Assembly (NCBI GenBank): GCA_039683575.1
Contig: JBDKRC010000014.1
Location: 1-19,093, forward strand
Reading direction: 5' to 3'
Length of the DNA stretch: 19,093 nucleotides
DNA from: Armatimonadia bacterium
GTDB lineage: Bacteria > Armatimonadota > Zipacnadia > Zipacnadales > UBA11051
Shown in pieces: positions 16,211 through 19,093 of this stretch. The position numbers and the translations under genes are program-made. The notes under the pieces were generated by a model. That model had not been told where the DNA came from, did not search any database, and was given only the letters and a program-made list of their open reading frames with translations. The number at the start of each line of letters is the position of its first letter. The stretch's first letter is position 1.

Positions 16211-16924
16211 ATGAATCTGCTTACCGAACCCTCCGTCGAGGCCGTCGCGGTTGCCGCGGCCGACCTCGTCTGTGACCTGCTCCGGCGCACGCCAGCGGCG
16301 CACCTGTGCCTGGCGGCCGGGGGCACGCCGCGGCCGCTGTATGGTGAGCTAACTCGCCGCGCTCAGGCGGGCGCGGTCTCTCTGGCCTCGGCGCGGATCA
16401 CTAAGCTCGATGAATGGCATGGCCTGCCGCTTGAGCATCCGGCGACGTGTGAGACCGACCTGCGGCAGCATCTGCTCGACCCGCTGGGGCTGCCAGAGGC
16501 GAACTACATGGGCTTTGACAGCCTCGCCCCCGATCCGGAGGCGGAGTGCGCGCGGGTGCTGGCGGCGATGAAGGAGCGGGGGCCGTTTGAGTTGTCGATC
16601 CTGGGGCTGGGCCTGAACGGGCACCTGGGGATGAATGAGCCGGCGGAGGAGTTGCAGCGTCACCCTCACTGTGCGGAACTGAGCGAAGTGAGTCGCAATC
16701 ATGCGATGCTGCATGACACCCCCAACCCGCCGACACATGGCCTGACCATTGGGATGGCCGATCTGCTGCAGTCCCGGCAGGTGATCCTGCTGGTGACCGG
16801 ATCCTCGAAGCAGGAAGCGCTGCAGCGGCTTCTGGACGGGCCGTTGACGACGCAGTTCCCCGCTTCGCTGCTGCATCTGCACCCGAACTGCGTGTGCGTG
16901 GCCGATGCCGCCGCGGCGTCGTAG
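16211..16924 (+). CDS. Galactosamine/glucosamine-6-phosphate isomerase family protein (AgaI/NagB-like)
   Basis: LCLAAGGTP; KLDEWHGLP..HPATCE; ILGLGLNGHLGMNEP; GLTIGM; LLVTGSSK; FPASLL.LHPN. Confidence 0.88.
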   Translation: MNLLTEPSVEAVAVAAADLVCDLLRRTPAAHLCLAAGGTPRPLYGELTRRAQAGAVSLASARITKLDEWHGLPLEHPATCETDLRQHLLDPLGLPEANYMGFDSLAPDPEAECARVLAAMKERGPFELSILGLGLNGHLGMNEPAEELQRHPHCAELSEVSRNHAMLHDTPNPPTHGLTIGMADLLQSRQVILLVTGSSKQEALQRLLDGPLTTQFPASLLHLHPNCVCVADAAAAS

Positions 16925-16997
16925 GGAACTTCGGTCTGCTTGCGGTGTCCCTCTTTGGCAAAAGCACCTGACGTGACGCCTGAGAGGGGGACGCACT

Positions 16998-17792
16998 ATG
17001 GCGCTGCTGGCGACGCTCCTGTTGCTTACCGGTTTTGCCGCCGTCTGGCGCCTCGGCCGCTTCACTCTCCACCGCGAACGGCTTGCCGCTCCCCTCGCTC
17101 TGCTCTGCCTCGGGTTCACCCTCGCCTGGCTGTACTTCTTTCAGTTCACCGCCTTCGGCCTCGACGGCATCCGCTGGGATGACTTCGTCTTCTTTGAGCG
17201 CCTGCCGGCCTTTCTGCCGATCCTGCTGATTCTGGCCCTGTGCTGGCAGCATCCGGGGCGCAGCATCGGCCGGCCGGTCATCGGGATGCTGATTGTGATC
17301 TTTGCGGGGTACTCGCTCCTGGAGGTTAGCGGGCCGGCGTTCATGGGGCTTTACATGCACGGGCTGGACGATACCATCCCCCCCGCCGAGCAGGCGCCCG
17401 AGGTGATCCAGTCCACCGGCTGGACTTGCGGCCCGGCGGCTTTGGCGTGGGCGATGCAGGCGAAGGGGATGCGGGTGAGTGAGAAGCATGTGGCACGGCT
17501 GACGGCGACCACGCCTTTCCACGGCACGCCCGCCCGCGGGGAACTCCGGGCAGCTCACAAGCTGGGCATCCCGGCCTACATCCGCCGCAGCCTCGATTGG
17601 GAAGAGCTTGCGGCCCTGCCCCTGCCCGCCGTCATCACCTGTCGCCTGAGTGGCGTGGTCATGCATTCGGTAGCTCTGCTGGCGGTCGAGCGCGACCGCG
17701 TGACGATAGGCGACCCCATGCTGGGCAAGACGGAGTATTCGCGCGAGGAATTCCTGGAGCGGTGGCTGCGCGACGCTCTCGTCCTGCCATAG
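16998..17792 (+). CDS. Membrane protein with C-terminal peptidase C39-like domain
   Basis: About four N-terminal hydrophobic segments, then QSTGWTCGPAALA (Cys), MHSVALL (His) and IGDPMLG (Asp). Confidence 0.85.
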   Translation: MALLATLLLLTGFAAVWRLGRFTLHRERLAAPLALLCLGFTLAWLYFFQFTAFGLDGIRWDDFVFFERLPAFLPILLILALCWQHPGRSIGRPVIGMLIVIFAGYSLLEVSGPAFMGLYMHGLDDTIPPAEQAPEVIQSTGWTCGPAALAWAMQAKGMRVSEKHVARLTATTPFHGTPARGELRAAHKLGIPAYIRRSLDWEELAALPLPAVITCRLSGVVMHSVALLAVERDRVTIGDPMLGKTEYSREEFLERWLRDALVLP

Positions 17793-17990
17793 ACTGCCCC
17801 TGTCGGGCCTCCCTCCTTCTTGTTCGTACTGATGCCTACGCCGCAGGCATCGAGGCGAATCTATGGCGATAATGTAATACGATGCCAATAATGGCAAATT
17901 GTTGCCAAAAAGGGAGCAATAGGGCTACAAACTTTACAAATTATGAAGTATGATAACTCTTGTAAGGATCAAGCAATCGGAGGCATGTTC

Positions 17991-18662
17991 ATGTTTAGAC
18001 GTGGGTTCACGCTGATTGAGCTGTTGGTAGTGATAGCTATCATCGCCATTCTCGCCGCTATCCTCTTCCCCGTTTTCGCAAAGGCTCGTGAGAAGGCTCG
18101 CCAGAGCAGCTGTTTGTCCAATGTCAAGCAGCTCGGTCTGGCTTTCCTGTCTTACGCCCAGGACTATGACGAGACTCTTCCCTCGCAGGGCAGCAACGGT
18201 GCCGCCTTCGACTGGTATCCCCATCGCTGGTATCAAGTCATCGACCCGTATATCAAGAATCAGCAGATCCTGAGGTGCCCGAGTTCTACGGGCACGACCC
18301 CGGCCGTTGACAACTACGGCGCTTGCGAGCAGGTCATCGGGTATCTGCCCCACTCGACATCGCGACAGGGATTCACCATCGGCGCCTATGTCTGCCCCGC
18401 CGGACAGGGCAATCCCAGGGCCCTTGGCACCATCGACAAGCCCGCTGAGCGAGTGCTCCTCGCCGACGCCAGTGACTTCACCCTCGGCGTCTCGTTCTGG
18501 CCGGGTGGCAACTACTATGTCAAGTCCCGCCACAACGACGGGGCCAACCTCTGCTTCGTTGACGGCCACGCCAAGTGGGCCAAGGGCACGTACCCGGTCA
18601 TGACGACCAAGCCTGGCATCACGGCCTGCGCCGGCGAGCTGGATTGGTATCGCACTGACTAG
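17991..18662 (+). CDS. DUF1559 prepilin-type N-terminal cleavage/methylation protein with H-X9-DG motif
   Basis: GGAGG at 17979-17983 precedes ATG 17991; [57 protein letters not shown]. Confidence 0.95.
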   Translation: MFRRGFTLIELLVVIAIIAILAAILFPVFAKAREKARQSSCLSNVKQLGLAFLSYAQDYDETLPSQGSNGAAFDWYPHRWYQVIDPYIKNQQILRCPSSTGTTPAVDNYGACEQVIGYLPHSTSRQGFTIGAYVCPAGQGNPRALGTIDKPAERVLLADASDFTLGVSFWPGGNYYVKSRHNDGANLCFVDGHAKWAKGTYPVMTTKPGITACAGELDWYRTD

Positions 18663-18711
18663 GCTACACACCCAGAGCGGGTCGCGGATTGACCCAATCA
18701 GAGGATAACGC

Positions 18712-18741
18712 AGACGCCCCGGAAGCTTCCGGGGCGTCTTT
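18712..18741 (+). terminator. Probable terminator (perfect 28-bp palindrome)
   Basis: AGACGCCCCGGAAG-CTTCCGGGGCGTCT followed by TT, 50 nt after the stop codon. The U-tract is short. Confidence 0.68.
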
Positions 18742-18807
18742 GCATGGGTGCAACGTATTGCTAAGGGAGCATCTTTACGATTATCGGGGTTCTGGCAGTA
18801 GATTGGA

Positions 18808-18823
18808 TGGCACAGGACGTGCT
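18808..18823 (+). promoter_or_regulatory. Candidate sigma54 (-24/-12) promoter
   Basis: TGGCACAGGACGTGCT has exact GG-N10-GC spacing and resembles the consensus TGGCAC-N5-TTGCW. It overlaps an alternative extended -10, TGcTATAGT. Confidence 0.55.
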
Positions 18824-18927
18824 ATAGTATTGTTGGTATTGAGAGCGGGGGTAACGACTATGGGTCGTTGCCCGACATCGGCGGCCTGCCGGTGGTCATC
18901 CATATCCTGTAGCAGGAGGAACCTGCC

Positions 18928-18981
18928 ATGCGCAAAGGTTTCACGCTCATCGAGTTGTTGGTCGTCATCGCCATCATGTAG
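18928..18981 (+). pseudogene. Truncated prepilin-type leader (N-terminal stub of a DUF1559-like gene)
   Basis: AGGAGG at 18914-18919; [17 protein letters not shown]. No convincing DUF1559 continuation in any frame before the window ends. Confidence 0.85.
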
Positions 18982-19093
18982 CCGCTGAAAAACAGCAAGC
19001 AGGTATCGTTTTGTCTCAAGGGAATCCTTGGTTGAGGTGATCTGCTTGCAGCACAAGTCTCAGCCCCATGCGCCCTCGCTCTACGACGACGTT

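Noticed and set aside
16941-16997. RBS-sequestering fold or riboswitch before the C39 gene (GTCCCTCT / AGAGGGGGAC)
   Set aside because: The pairing is short and bulged, could arise by chance, and shows no recognisable aptamer.
16401-17897. 498-aa minus-strand ORF and other long antisense ORFs
   Set aside because: They are shadow ORFs of well-supported opposite-strand genes in high-GC DNA, with no recognisable motifs.
17892-17906. sigma54 promoter at TGGCAAATTGTTGC
   Set aside because: The GG-to-GC spacing is 9 nt rather than the required 10.
17943-17990. Upstream starts given by the ORF track (362, 7547, 13716, 17943)
   Set aside because: Downstream ATGs at 392, 7568, 13797 and 17991 have better RBS spacing and begin at the family-typical N-terminus.

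Overview
GC-rich bacterial window, most likely Armatimonadota. This is inferred from the '[42 protein letters not shown]' DUF1559 prepilin-like signature and is not verified. It is mainly a carbohydrate-utilisation region: a 1,443-aa secreted multidomain glycoside-hydrolase-like protein, a URO-D-family protein, a sugar-phosphate isomerase/epimerase, L-rhamnose isomerase (rhaI), a divergent clan GH-R hydrolase, a GH29 fucosidase and an AgaI/NagB-type isomerase. It also holds a MATE pump, a membrane-anchored C39 peptidase and two secreted hypothetical proteins. The most unusual features are: (1) five DUF1559/H-X9-DG prepilin-like units, two intact, two leaderless frameshifted 'orphan' bodies directly behind an intact gene, and one leader-only stub with a sigma54-like promoter; (2) a lower-GC orphan gene bracketed by a duplicated, synonymously diverged rhaI 3' end; (3) a two-hairpin tandem repeat present at two loci plus several GTAG-type REP-like palindromes; (4) an apparently circularly permuted CBM-like domain; (5) a GH107-like motif with Glu in place of His. 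All family calls come from motif recognition by eye; no searches were run.
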